Source: the human T2T-CHM13v2.0 reference genome, Homo sapiens
Length of the DNA stretch: 64,000 nucleotides
Strand: one strand, 5' to 3'
Assembly (NCBI RefSeq): GCF_009914755.1
Contig: NC_060934.1
Position numbers and translations under genes: made by a program. Positions 22,646 to 38,425 of this stretch are shown here, in pieces (positions within the stretch are counted from its first letter, which is position 1; the number at the start of each line of letters is the position of its first letter). Under the pieces are notes generated by a model. It did not search any database, had not been told where the DNA came from, and saw only the letters and a program-made list of their open reading frames with translations.

Positions 22646-23429
22646 TATATACATTTATGAAAAACACATGTTTTCATTTAACTTCTAATATTTTACTTAA
22701 GATTTTGCATGTATATCCACAGGTGACATTTATTCATTTATTGTTTCTACCTTTGCCTGATTTTTTTTAAAGCAAGGTTATTCTTGCTTTGTATGAGAAA
22801 TTGTGATGCCATCCATCTTTTTCTCTGTTACAATGAGGTCCTCACTCAGCTATTCAGGAGGTCCCAATCCTCCGAAATCCAACATTAATATTTTCACCTC
22901 AGAACGTCACAAATGTTTCATAGTACATGTAGAACCCAGCTGCCTTAAAATAAATATTTTTCTGCTTACCCACATCTAGAAATATCTAATTCTGCCTCAT
23001 TAGGACTCGTAATATGAGGCAAACTGTATTGCCAAGTTTGCAATGCCAGACAGTCCCTGTGAATTTCAAGTCTCCACTCTAAGGCTACCTGAGGTCTGGT
23101 TGATGCCATCCTGGCTGGCCTTGGTATTCTGACCTGTGTGTTAGGGTTTGCTTTTTAGATACCTGATGGCCAACATCTGTGAAGCCTCATTGTGTCCAGC
23201 ACCTCTGCTGTGACCCACATTGCTTCTAGAGCCTACACGTCAGGTAAGGGCTTTGGTACTACATAAGGCAGGTCATGGCCACGAGTTGTATATTTATGGT
23301 CTGGCAAATGCAACCCTGCCTCAGTAAAGTAGCCACTGTCTGGATAAAGCTGCCTTGAGATTCAGTGATCATCAAATGCACAACTTCATAGTACTGTGCT
23401 AAACACAGAATAAAATCTAAAATTTTGAC

Positions 23430-23798
23430 TCTATTAGTCTTTGCTCATACTGCTAATAAAGACGTACCCGAGACTGGGTAATATATAAAGCAAAAGAGGT
23501 TTAAGAGACTCACAGTTCCACGTGGCTGGGGAGGCCTCACAATCATGGCAGAAAGCAAAGGAAGAGCAAAGGCTCGTCTTACTTACATGGTGGCAGGCAA
23601 GAGCGTGTGTGCAGGGGAACTGTGCTTTATAAAACCATCAGATTCGGTGAGACTTATTCACTATCACAAGAACAGCACGGGAAAAACCCACCTCCATGAT
23701 TCAATTACCTCCCACTGGGTCCCTCCCATGACACATAGGGATTATGGGAGCTACAATTCAAGATGAGATTTGAGTGGGAACACAGCCAAACCACATCA
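23430..23798 (-). mobile_element. THE1 (THE1B/C-like) solo LTR, ERVL-MaLR
   Basis: Ends ...gagctacaattcaagatgagatttgagtgggaacacagccaaaccacatca, the reverse complement of the THE1 start. Confidence 0.93.
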
Positions 23799-25218
23799 AT
23801 GAGTGTAAAAACTCAGACCCATGGCTCAGTGAGGTCTCTACAGACTGCTAAGACTGTTTAAAGTCCAAAAACGAAGTTGTGTTCCCTGGCTCCGTTTGGC
23901 CCCTCCATCTTGCTACTTTAGTTCTTGCATTCAGATCCTTACCTATTTCTCAGAGTTCCCTGCCCAAGGCGTTAAATGATAATAGCACTCTGAAATGAAT
24001 TTACTATCCCTTTCATCTGGGAAGGAGGAGGGACCCCAGAGGCCGGGGTGCTCTGTGAGTAGAGCTCTCCCTTGCAGGGGACATCAGCAAGGGGAAGGAG
24101 CCCTCTCACCTCTGCCTTCTATTCGTTGGGTTGCCTGTGTCTGTCATTAAAATATATTGCATTTCCACCACCCCCACCATGATACTCACTTTTTTTTTTC
24201 CTTTTGCATTTGGGATAACTATTCTCTATATCACTGTTTTGATTGTTTGCAACCTGAATTTTGCTTTTTACTTTTATTTAATTTTGATTATCCTTGTATT
24301 CATTTCTTTTTATTTCTGCTCTTTAAAAAATCTGATTATTTTTTATTCCTAGACAGTTATGACATTCGATTCTAGTTTATTAATGAATATATCATCCCAT
24401 ATTCTATGGGGCTACCGAACAGTTTTTCACTTGTTCTTCTTTGTTTAATCCACAGGTTTTCCCTTGTCTCCCATGTTACTTTACCGCCTACTCATGCTCA
24501 AATGAAGCAATCTTTTCTGACTCAATATTTGTAAATCAATCTAAGGGCAAATGACTTTTCATCTTTCTCTTTGCTGGACTGTTGGGTGCTTTATTTCTTC
24601 CTTTGATTTACAACAGTAACGCAGGCTGAAACTTACAGGTCCTGGTTGATTCTCTAGTTTCCAGCCATATTTTTCTTCTGATCAATGGAAGCAGCATTGT
24701 CCAGCTCTCTGGTTTGTAAAAACTCTGACAGGGTACACAGATCTCTAATTTCTACACAGTTATACTAGGATTCTTTTTTAGCTGCCTTCAGAATTCCACT
24801 TTGGCTGTACACTTTGAATATGAATTTCACTACCAAGACATTGGCTCCTTGCTAAATCATGTCATTTTTCTGCAAGGAAGTGAAGAGTGGGTGGATGAAA
24901 AGGCTAAGAGAGTGAGCAAGAATGGAGAAAATAATACGGAATCCACCATGCAGCATGGCACCTACAGGTAGGAATATACGCTTGCTAGATCTCATGGTGG
25001 AAGAGTCTCTAAGTATCTGAGTTTTGAGACAAAGTTGGAAAATATATGAAATATTATCCAGGTGGTTTCTGTTGCAGTATTCAAAGCTGGGCTGTTCTCC
25101 AAACTGGCTGTAGTATTATTCTTTCCAGACTCTAAAATAGCTGGTCAGTTTTAGTTTTTGTTGTTTGAATTCTTATCTTCATTTTTCTCTTCTTTCTCTT
25201 CTTCTCCTTCCTATTTCA

Positions 25219-25490
25219 TATATATACATAGTCATATATATACATATATATGAAAGAGGAAGGATATATATGTGTATATATATGTCTAGACATATATAGG
25301 GGTGTATATATGTCTAGACATATATAGGTGTGTACATACATGTCTATACATATATGTGTGTATATATGTCTACATATATGGGTGTGTATATATGTCTATA
25401 CATATATGGGTGTGTATATATATGTCTATACATATATGGGTGTGTATATATATGTCTATACATATATGGGCGTATATACATATATATGTA
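25219..25490. repeat. TA-rich compound repeat with ~28-30-bp minisatellite units
   Basis: Repeated gtgtatatatatgtctatacatatatgg units. Confidence 0.92.
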
Positions 25491-25701
25491 TTTGATAATT
25501 TAGTGAGAAAATAGTTGTAGATTTACACCATTTGGGACCTAAAGCTTATTCAGGGCTCTTTCTACACTCTAGTCTTGACTGTACATTGTGTGTACAGTGT
25601 GTGTCTACACTCTAGTCTTGACTGTACATGTCCTGTGGGACACCGTTCTGCAGAAAATTGTTCTGAGGCATGTTAATAAATATGCCTTTGAAAGTGTTCT
25701 A

Positions 25702-26044
<343 letters not shown>

Positions 26045-26859
26045 TTAAACAAAGCTACAGAGGTCTGCTATCCAGGACTTCTCAGCATCTTTACAATGCC
26101 AATGTGTATGTACTATGATCCATCAGAGGATATCTTTACTTGTATGACCACGGAATCCACTATTCCAAAACAGTGTTCCACAGATCGCTTCTTTGGGAAA
26201 CAGCATCTTCCCTGTATACTTTGTACTTAACTGTTTCAGAGGATTTACTTACTACTTTCTGGGTCTGAGAAAGCATCTTTGAGAAAAAAAAACTTATTCA
26301 GGCTCCCTGGTAAACATTTGCTGTACTGATGCAGAAAGACGTTTAGCTCTTGAGCTAGTGTTAAATGTATTAACTATATCCTTTGTTTTAAAATTATTGT
26401 TCATTTCAATGACACACAGTTTGATTCAGATTCAAGGTCTCTCCATAAATATACACAAAGCATGAAGTTCAAGTTTCTTTCATTCACTTCCATTATCCTA
26501 TCTAGTCTTCTGTTGCCTTGTCCACCCTAAATAATATTTAAGACTAGAAATTATCCCACGTAATTGGAAACATGCTTATATATTTATGCCACAGTGTTAT
26601 ACCCTATAGGAACTTGATACCTACTAATTAATTTATTATGCTGTCACCTTAAAATATTAGAATTCAGTCTTTGGCTTTGGTTATTCTACTGCGAACTCCA
26701 GAGTTGCGTATACAACAAACTGGTGAATGTATATTGTCTTCTTATATACATTAATTAGCAAGTCTAGACTTAATACTGATTTTGAAGGATTGTAGAGAAC
26801 CAAATCAAATATTTGCAGAAATAAAGTGTCGTTTCTTAATAAATTCCTTTTTAAAAACA

Positions 26860-27160
26860 GTAAGGGAGGGAGGATAAAGAGAAGTTGCTTAATGGGCACA
26901 AAAATATAGTTAGAAGACAACCAGTTCTAGCATTTAATAGTAGAGAGATAATAGTTAATAATAATGTATTATACATTTCAAAGTAGCTGGAAGATAAAGA
27001 ACTGGAATGTTCCAATACAGAGAAAAGATAAATGTTTGACCTGATTTTATTCCCTAATTATCCTGATTTTATCATTATATATTGTATACATGTATCAATA
27101 TATCATAGGCACCCCATAAATGTGTATAACTATTATATATCAATAAAATTAATAAAGCAA
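26860..27160 (+). mobile_element. L1MA 3' end
   Basis: ...caccccataaatgtgtataactattatatatcaataaaa terminus. Confidence 0.85.
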
Positions 27161-27927
27161 AAGAGTAAGCTAAAAAGTTGTTGGGATTTGAAGTACTTCA
27201 ACAAGAATGTAGGAGAATTTAACTAAAACTAAAGTAAATTGTTCTAATTTTCAGTTTGCATTGCATTGAAGAGGAGCGTTGAAGAGGACATTCAGGTGGT
27301 AAAATTATTTTATGGCTTTGAACTTTAAAAGTTAAATAAAATAAATAAAACTGAAAATAAGAATTCCTCTGTAGCTCTTCCCCTTTGACCTCCTCAAAAC
27401 GAGCAGCTCTGAAATATAAGCCATGTAGCAAGAGTCAACATTCTTTTGATAATATTTTTTGGGCAGTGAGAACTTTTTAAGAGGTTGCTTTCTATGTCAT
27501 TTAAATGAGGGAAGAGCCAGCAAGCACAACTGAAGATTTTAAGCTGCCAAAATTACTCCCTGATTTGTTTCCCATATTCCACATTTATTTTATTAAGTCA
27601 ATGTAGCCTGTGATTTTTTCCTAACACTATGTAGTTGAATGTACAAGCCCAGCCTTTATTATGTACAGGTGGGAAATTATTTTCTTGGCCTGAGATGGAG
27701 CCCTAATTTCATCTCTGCAGAGTAACTGAAGAAATGTGTTGAGTGTTGTTAGATGCCCTAGCTGTAGCAAAACTCCTTGCCAATACCAACACACTTGGCA
27801 GACGAACTGACTCTGGAGACCTTGGATGCTTTGACCCAAGCTGAGGCTTCAGCGACAAATCGGGAAGTCGAGGGAACACAGAAGGTATCTAAGGAGCTTC
27901 AATCAGTATTTCCAAGAGAAAATACCC

Positions 27928-28105
27928 TGTTAGTTTTTACTGTTGCATAGCGCATCGTCACAAATTCAGCAGCTTAAAACAACACACATCTATGATCTCA
28001 GAGTTTCTGTGGGGCAGGTGTTTGGACACAGTGGAGGTGGGCTCTCTGCTCGGGGTCTCATAAGGTTGCCATCCAGACAGCACTGAAAGGGCTGCATGGC
28101 TGGGC
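27928..28105 (-). mobile_element. MLT1-family LTR fragment
   Basis: cagcttaaaacaacacacatctatgatctcagagtttctgtggg motif. Confidence 0.7.
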
Positions 28106-28414
28106 AACACAGAAGACTTGAAAACACTTCCCAGCATGGTGTCGGTGCCGTGAAATGATATTTCTGTGCTGGAGCTGGCTTGGCACAGCAGCTCCTGGAG
28201 TTTTCTGCCTCCAGTCTGACTTGGGAAAGACATGTTGATTCCTGAGGGCACTAAACTGTTACAGGAAGCCAGATCCAGAGGGTTTTGTTAGCGAGATGCA
28301 GGAACAACACAGAAGTAACTTGCGTGGATGGAGAGATTTTGTTGGTATCATTTTTTTCCCCCAAGAAAGCCTCATTCATACTTATAGTCCCTGAGATCTT
28401 GAATAATTGAAATT

Positions 28415-29795
28415 GTTTATTTTTAACAGCTTTATTGAGATACAATTCATATACCATACAATTCACACATTTAACATAGATGGTTAATTGGATTTAAGTA
28501 ATTCAGAATTCTGTAACCATCTCCACAATCAGTTTTAGAGCATTTTCATCACCCCCAAAAGATACAGAACACTCCAAGCTGTCACCCCCTCAATCCCTCC
28601 AGCACCCCAGCCCTAGGAAATCACTTATCTACATTTTGTTTCTATAGACTTGCCTATCCCTGATATTTTGTATATATGGAAGCATATAATCTGTGGCTCC
28701 TTTCAGCATTACTTAGCATAATGCTTTCAACATTCATACATGCTGTAGCATGAATCAGCATCTTGTTTATATTTATTGTCTAATTATATTCCATTGTCTG
28801 GATAGACATTTCATTCATCCATTCATCATTTGATGCGCATTTGAACTGTTGCAATATTTTGATTATAATAATGCTGCCTTGAACATTCATGTACATGTTT
28901 CTGTGTGGACATACGTTTTACTTTCCTTGAGTATATTCCTAGGAGTGGCATTGCTGAGTCATATGGAAACTCTATGTAGACAGAGAATCTCTTGAAATAC
29001 CAGGCTGTTTTCCAAAGAGATTGCACCATCTTTGCATTCCTATCAAGTGTATGAAGGTTCTGACTTTAACGTACTCTGCCCAACAATCATTCTCTCTCTC
29101 TCTTTTAATTATAATCATCCTAGTAGATGTGAGGTGGGATCTCACTGTGGGTTTGATTTAAATGTCTCTGACGGCTAATGATGTTGAGCATATTTTCATG
29201 AGCTTAGTGGCCATTCGTATATCTTTTTTTTTGGAGAAATGTCTACTCAGATCCTTTGCGTGCTTTTTTGTGTTTACCATTTAAATTAGTTTTATTTATT
29301 AATACTTCCAATTATTATTCAGTTAAAAACAAGGCACATGAAATACATCCTCTTATTGCTCTATGAATGCATGCAGTTCATTGTGTAGATCATAAAGAAT
29401 AAATTATGCAAACACCACCTTCTCTTCACTCTGTTGATTGTTTCTTTTGCTGTGTAGAATCCTTTTAGTTTAATTAAGTGCTATTTGTTTATTTCTGGTT
29501 TTGTTGCCCATGCTTTTGAGGTCTTGGGCATAAATATCTTTGCCTAGATCAGTGTCTCAAAGAGTCTTCTCTATGTTTTCTTTTAGTAGTTTTATAGTTT
29601 CAGGTCTTACAGTTAAGTCTTTAATCCATCTCAAGTTGATTTTTGTATACGGTGGGCAGTAGGGGTCATTCTTCTGCATATGGTTATCCAATCTCCCCAG
29701 CACAATTTATTGAATAGTGTGTCCTTCCTCAGTGTATGTTCTTGACAGCTTTGTTGAAGATCAATTGGCTATAAATATGTAGATTTCTTTTTCTA
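28415..29795 (-). mobile_element. L1MB-like 3' end (28415-~29260) plus a further L1 ORF2 fragment (~29420-29795)
   Basis: cagctttattgagatacaattcatataccatacaattcac terminus, then antisense ORF2 sequence. Confidence 0.85.
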
Positions 29796-30303
29796 TTGTT
29801 TTTAAATGTGCATGGCATCTTGGCTTGGTATTAAATTTGTGCATCATGCCTTATTTAAGGATTTTGTACATGTTTCTTTCATATGAAACACGTGTGAAAT
29901 TTTTCTCTCAATCTTACCTTTTCTGGTATTTTGCAATGTTGAACACAGTTCATTCTTATTTCCCAATGTCTTTCTGGAGGAAAAAGAATTTCTCTTCAGG
30001 GCAATACCATTTCTAATAAAAGACTTTTCCAAGCAAGATACATGTGATATTGAAAGTTTATGACTATACAACATTTTCCTCACTTAAAATTATACCGTCT
30101 GATAGCTACTCTTCAGAGTTGTGGGTTAGTGTTGTGGCTATTTCCTATTTCTATTGAAGTTAGAATTTTATTTGCTGTTCTTATTATTGTTTGCACGTTG
30201 GATTCACAGAGAAGAATGATGTAGAAATGCTTTTAATGCACCATCTTATATTTTGACTAAAAATTATTGAGAAGAAGCTGACAGAGCTTCAACATAACTG
30301 TTA

Positions 30304-30709
<406 letters not shown>

Positions 30710-31142
30710 TCCACATTTTTACAGATGAGTAAACTGTGGTGCTGACTGAGAGGAAAAGTGTAGAAAAGAACAGAAAGACTCCTCCTACAAGACCAAAAAT
30801 TATCTGCATATAGAAATGGGATGGATATTTCTGGAACTGATAGGAGACGGATGATCTGAAAGGAAAGAAAAGATTGGAGGAGCTTAGGCAGAGATCCTGG
30901 TGCGGAGAAGCCAGAACTCTATAAAGATGCCTAGGAGAGGAGAGAGTTGGTGCAGACATTTGAGGAGAGGAAGATATGCTCAAAGAGCATTTGGGGAAGA
31001 AATTGTACCATGTGTTGTATAGTGTAATTCATGTTTCATTGTCTTCAGTGTTCAGTGAAACATACATTGCTTTTCATGACTTTTTGAATGCATCTGTGTT
31101 TCAGATTTGACACTGAGATAAATCTGTCATTGAGTGATCCAA

Positions 31143-31958
31143 TTTTTTTTCTTTTAATTTTTATTTTAGGGTCTAGGTACATGTGATGGTTTGTTTTATG
31201 GGTAAACTTGTGTCACAGGGATTTGATGTACAGATTAATTGGTCATCCAGGTACTAAGCATAGTACCGAATGGTTATTTTTTCTAATGCTCTTCTCCCTC
31301 TTCTTACCTTCCACCCTCAAGTAGATCCCAGTGTGTGTTTTTCCCGTTTCTGTGTCCAAGTGTTCTCATCATTTAGCTCCCACTTGTAAGTGAGAAGATG
31401 TGGTATTTGGTTTTCTGTCCCTGTGTTAGTTTGCTAAGGATAATGGCCTCCAGCTCCATCTATGTCCCTGCAAAGGACATGCTCTCATTCTTTTTTAAGG
31501 CTGCATAGTATTCTGTGGTGTATATGTACTACATTTCCTTAATCCAGTCTACTGATGGACATTTAGATTCATGTCTTTGCTATAGTGAATAGTGCTACAA
31601 TGCACACATAAGCATGCATGTGTCTTTATGACAGAAAAATTTATATACCTTTGGGCATATACCCAATAATGGGATTGCTGGGTTGAATAGTTATTCTGTT
31701 TTGAGCTCTGTGAGGAATTGCCACACTGCTTTCCACGCTGGCTGAACTAATGCATGCTCCCACCAGCAGTGTATACATGTTCCCTTTCCTCCGTAGCCTT
31801 GCCAACATGTGTTATTTTTTGATTTTTTAAAAATGGCCATTCTGACTGGTGTGAGATGGTATCTTACTGTGGTTTTGACTTGTATTTCTCTAATGACTAA
31901 TAATGTTGAGTATTATTTCATATGCTTGCTGGCCACATATATGTCTCCTTTTGAAAAG
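31143..31958 (-). mobile_element. L1PA15/16-like 3' fragment
   Basis: Antisense 3'UTR and ORF2 end. Confidence 0.9.
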
Positions 31959-32175
31959 GTCATGTGAGTGGGCCAAATTTTTAAAATCTGGGTTATGGTA
32001 TCAATGTCTACCTTAAAAAATAATGATTGTTTTTGTATTTCCCAGAGGTTCCGTGATTTCTTTAAGACAGGAGAAAGGCTTTAATATACCTCCCACAATA
32101 CTTAACTTTTCCTATAGGCACTCTTTGAAATGTAAGCGTTAATATTTACAATAACGTTAAGAAGGGCCAAAAATT

Positions 32176-32555
<380 letters not shown>

Positions 32556-35203
32556 CTAGTATTGAGTTGTAAAAATAAAAGTTTTAAATTCTCCACATTA
32601 AAAAATCATCTTCTAATTAATATTTTAGTGTGCCTTTTAAGTGACTGTTTTTCTGACAAAGTAATACGTTTATTGCAGAAAATCTGGGTAACACAAAAAT
32701 GTGTAAAAAAGAAAATTAAAATCACCCATAATCTTGTCATCCAGTAAGTATGTTGTGGCCTATTGTTTCACACATGTGTGTGTGTATATGTATATATATA
32801 TATGTGTATATATATATCTATTTTTCTGTATGTGTGTACATTGTTTTAAAAATCTCTTTTTAATCTCCACATTTCAAGTATACTTCTAGAGCATGATTTT
32901 AAATGTTTTCATAGCTATAGTTACTTTTAGATAATTTCAGATAATTCTTTATAATTTCTCGTTCATTTAATCAATTTCTTATTTTATAAATAATAATGAA
33001 ATGAATATCCTTGAATGTATACATTTCCCTCTAGCTCAATTTATTTCATTAGGATAACTTCTTAGAAGAGTAATCTTTGGGAAAAATGTTAACAATTTTT
33101 CAATAACCAAATTTTTATGTGAAGGGTGATAGGTACACATTTTTTAAAAAACCAAAGAGTGCAAAAAATAGAGAAAACCTAAGTTTTTTTCTTTATATCT
33201 TCCAAACTCCTGGCCACCTTTCCTAATCCCAAAATCAAACTCCATTACTCCATTTGTGCATGCATAAAATTTGCACCTCCCTCTCTCTTACAAGTCCTTT
33301 TACAGAGGTAGATTACGCATGTACTCCGTTCTACAGTTTAATACTTTCCAATGTATCCTGGAGTATACTCATTATCAGCACGTGCAAACATACTGCCTTT
33401 AAAGAATAGATCACGGTGTTCTATTATATATACTACAATTCCTTTGACCTGTTTACTTCTATATGAATTCCTTACCATCCTCCCAGTCTTTTGCTATTCT
33501 GAAGATACTACAAGGAATGGTCTTCACCGTAGTTTTTGTGAATAGGACCAACTATATATGAATGTTCTTTAGTATAATTTTGGATACAGACACATGCATC
33601 TATCCATATCTGCATCCTCACCTCCTCTCTTTGCTTTCATGCTTAGAAACTGTAATAAACATTTGTCATTTCTTAGCTTCTGTGTCCATTTCCACTTCAC
33701 ACAGCATCCCAGCTTTCTTCCGGAAAAGTTTTTCGCCAGGTGCTGTGCAGCCTTAATGTGATAATACATTCAAGTGTCAGCACTCACATAACAGGATCCA
33801 AACATGTCCTTGGAGATTCTTCTGTTAGATTCTTCCTCTAACGGACTGAGTTCTGCCATGAGAAAGCATATATATGATCTCCACTTGACTAGTCAGATTC
33901 CTGGGACTTTTAAATCTTGAGCTGTGGACACTAGAAACAAAACTCAATGTTTAGAGTTCTTTCAGACTTCTCAAGTGGAGTCTGGGTGGGACTGCCAAAC
34001 AGTGTCTTCTTGGGAGACCTTTTGTCATGACCTGATCTTGTCTGCCTCTACCTGGTCCTTCGGCCCTTCCTTCCAACCAGAGAAACTCCCAGAGACTCTT
34101 CTTCTGAAAACTTCTCTTCTTCCCTTTCCTTGAGTTAGCCAGATTCGGCTTCTGTTGCAACCAAATAAATCTAGTGAATACAAAGAGTATCCTTCCATTT
34201 GCTCGTAGTTGACTTATCCTTTCTCTTATTTATGTGTCTTTACTATTTGCTTTGTTTTAAAACATAGAGAATTCTCTAAAAATTCTAAGCAAGGATAAAT
34301 TAATAACCATTTAATTATTTTCAAAAAAAAATCAGCTCAATGTTACTTTTATCTCACTATGCAAGTATCTCATGGCAGCACTGTTTCCTCTCTGATGGCT
34401 ATAATTCTGTGTAAGTCCCGGGGCTCTGCTTACAGACACAGGGACCTCCAGGCTATCAAAGGAATTTCCATTGGTGTGATCCTCACAGGGACTGCCACCA
34501 TCACAGTCAGATGAAACTCCTCCAAATCAAAGGATGTTACTTACATTCCTCCAGAATGTCCTGGAAGAAGCTCATTTCCTTAAAGTACTGCTCTGATTTC
34601 TCTTGTTGAGCAGAGGACTGTATTCGAGCCCTGGGTAAGGTCTCACATTAATCTGGCCCAAATGGCTTTAAATCTGTCAGTTATTCCTCAACCTTTCTCT
34701 GAGGCAGATAGTCCTCTTCTCTTGCTTCCATTGTAAATGTAGGGATTCCCCCTCATCTTATAGAACTTTATCATTTCAACAGATACCTGGTAGTTTAATA
34801 TTCTTAAAGGGATAAGCAGTGGATTTTATCATCCACATATTATAGAGAAGGAAATGGTATTGAAAAATTATCACTGGGATTAGTTCCATTTTAATTAGTG
34901 ACAAAGCCAGGAATAGAAGTTAGGTGTTGTATGGTTCCTTTTCATGTGTCATTAACTCTATCTTGTTTCTCATATAAACCCATCTAGAGGCAAAAATTGG
35001 TTGCTGAGATTTTTCAATCTTGTTTTTTTTAAAAAGCTCATGACTAATTTCTCACTATATGTAAAAAATCATATATAATAACTTCCAAGGGAAAAGTGAT
35101 TCTATATTATGACAAGAGCTCTGAGAGTCAACTACTCTGTAGAAAACAAATAAATGAATGAATACCAGTGCTCTGGATCTCCTTTTGGAGGAGAAAGTTT
35201 TAA

Positions 35204-35614
<411 letters not shown>

Positions 35615-36419
35615 ATGTGTTTAGATTTAGTGCAGCACTTTCCTATACCTCTCTTACTGAATTCTTACAATACCAGATGGCAGGTATTTATCCCACTTTA
35701 ATAGATAAGGAAACAGAACCTATGAAAAGATAATACCCAAGATCACACATCAACAAATGGATGTGCTGGACTTAATGGTTTCCTGGTGCCATGCTACATT
35801 AGTTATTTTATTTTGTTTCATTTTGGTTGTCCGGTGTTTGGAGGTAGTATTTATTTGTATACTTGGGGTTGTTTGATGAAAATGGAAAGGTCGTTAATAG
35901 CTTGACAGATATAAGAAAGCATATTACCATCTCCCATATGTATGTAGTTTTGGAAGAGTTGTACCTACTTTTTAAAATATTTCTCTAAAATTTAATATGA
36001 CCTCAAATTCTTTTGGGGGAGGTATGTTTTCTCAGGGAAGGATCAGAGTTTTTGCCCCGATGATGTCCTTGTTCCCTGAAGTATTTCTAGGCTTCTTCTT
36101 TCCACTCTAACCATTCCATCGACCAGCATAAACAACCACGATGCTTTGCTTTGGTTTTTACCCCTTGTTTGGTTTCTTAGATAAGAGGCTGTTGCCTGGC
36201 TCCCCATCTTTCTAAGTCTTATGAGCTGAAATCAGGCCTTAGTATAGTCTCTTGCACACATTAGGTGCTCTAAAAATGTTCCTGGTCTTTTACAAGCTAC
36301 TTAGTAAATACTTGTTGAATGGATAAAAGTTTAATTTTACTTTAAACTATGAGGATACAGGGCCTATTTATGTTAGAAGCACGAAAGTCACTTGATTGGC
36401 TTTCCTTTGGTTCTTATTG

Positions 36420-36420
<1 letters not shown>

Positions 36421-36457
<37 letters not shown>
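36421..36457. repeat. (TG)18 microsatellite
   Basis: Perfect TG run. Confidence 0.97.
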
Positions 36458-36458
<1 letters not shown>

Positions 36459-38249
36459 GCCCCTAAGTCTGAGAAACAGGTTCTAAAAAAGTTGCCCTTC
36501 CCTTCCATTTTCTTAGCATGTAGCAATTTTTAAAATTCATGTATTTATTTGAAGCACACTTCAATTTCATGTAGATGTAGATTTGTAACAGAAAAAAAGA
36601 TTGGTGAAATTATAGAAATAATTTAAAACTATGCAGAACAGCATAGGGGTTTAACATGCTTCACTATGATACAAAATTAACTATATCCACTGAGAGATGG
36701 TTGGCTGATAAATTATTAGTATTTGTTTACAACACTCATTCTTGAATTTCAAAGCTTTCAAAACTAAAACTAATTCTATGTGCAAAAACCTCCAGAAGAA
36801 GATGCAAAAGTAAAGAATTAAAGAATTTTACTCTAATATCAAAATTACACTTATATTATGCTAGTATGATAAAAAAAATTAGGCACTATAACATTTTGGG
36901 ATGTAAAAGGATGGATATTCTTTAAAAGGTTTGGGTTTTAATATTAGCTATATTGTTTTCCAATTAATAGTGGAAACACATTGATATATTTTCCATTAGC
37001 ATAAAGTTACAAGTATTTCCTCACTAATAATAATAAATGGTAGCATTTAGCATATAAATGGTGCAAACTCTTAAATTACCTTTACTTTTGCTATATGAGT
37101 GCAGCTGAGGAGAATTTAATGCATTTTTTACATGGTATAATTTTATTTCGCTCATACAATGTGAGGTGAGTAATAATGATATTCGAATATTAAGTGCAAA
37201 ATATACATATTGATGAATAATAGCCATGTTTTTCAGACCTCCTTGCCAAGTCATATTAAAATGACAAATAATTGCAATTGCTTAACAGAGAAATGGTGCA
37301 GAATCTGTAGTCAAAAGCACATTAGGGACCAAGAGTATCCATTTGTTATCCTTTGTCAGGAAAACATGGCTCCTAATGAAAGTGAATGTAGAAATACTGA
37401 TTGAGGACCGCGACACTAAACCTTTTTCTTGACAAGAGTCATGATGTGGGTATTAATAAGAGGATTGAAAGGTGAAGTCAAAGCTTTGATTCTTAAAATG
37501 TGTATAACCTGGATTTGTTTTTTGTTTGATTTCTTTAAAATTAAGACCTGTTAATTTTGAGGGATGGGGGGGATCATGGCTGTGGGGGAAGAAAGTACAG
37601 AATAAAACGTGGTAGAGACATCCCAGTGATATTCCACAGTCGGTGTGTTCAAGCAGGATTGCTCAGGTAACTTGGGCAAATGTTATTTAAAATCTGGACA
37701 GTTCTCAAATCAGAATCTGAATACCTCTTAAAAAAGAAAAAAAAATCTCTGCTATTTCTCCTCTCCTCCTGTTGAACATTCTCTTCCCTCTTAGATGGTC
37801 TATCTTTTTGAAAGTTATGGTCTCTCTATGCAAAATATTGCTGTAAGAAGAATTTTTTGACCAGGAAAATGAGTAACCTGTTACAAGGAAACAAGAAAAC
37901 ATAATTCCAGTTCAGGGATGCCTCTGTACAATTTTCAGAAATTATGATGACTTTGTTATAAGCCCAGGCATATACAGTTTCATAGCATTTTGTACCCACT
38001 GATTCCTGTTCCAACAAGATTTAAGATTAGTGGTTCCTTCTGAAATGGTGTAAACCTGCATGTATATTTCTATGAACATATAGAAAAATTATGTTCTAGT
38101 TTCTAGCAATTTATTGAAGATTTAGGTATATAATATCATGGAGCAAGAACTGTGGTAGGCATTAGGAATACCATTGTTCACAATTCAGGGGGGAGAAAAA
38201 AAAGGAAACCATACTGTCACTAATTGAACACATTGAATACCAGGAACCT

Positions 38250-38425
38250 TGCCGAGTTTCACATAGATTATCTCATTTAATACTCACAACAGCCATCTGC
38301 TATAGACACATTATTTTACAGATAGGAACATAAGACACAGGGAGATTTAGTGCATTGCCCAAGATCGTACAGTTAGTAAATGCTGACGTCAGGTTTTGAA
38401 TCCAGATTCCAGACTGTGCTCTTAA
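38250..38425 (-). mobile_element. MIR
   Basis: attatctcatttaatactcacaac...attttacagataggaa...ttgcccaagatcgtacagttagtaa core. Confidence 0.8.

Noticed and set aside
25219-25514. Repetitive 70-aa ORF / CRISPR-like periodicity
   Set aside because: Simple TA-rich minisatellite with no unique spacers, in eukaryotic DNA.
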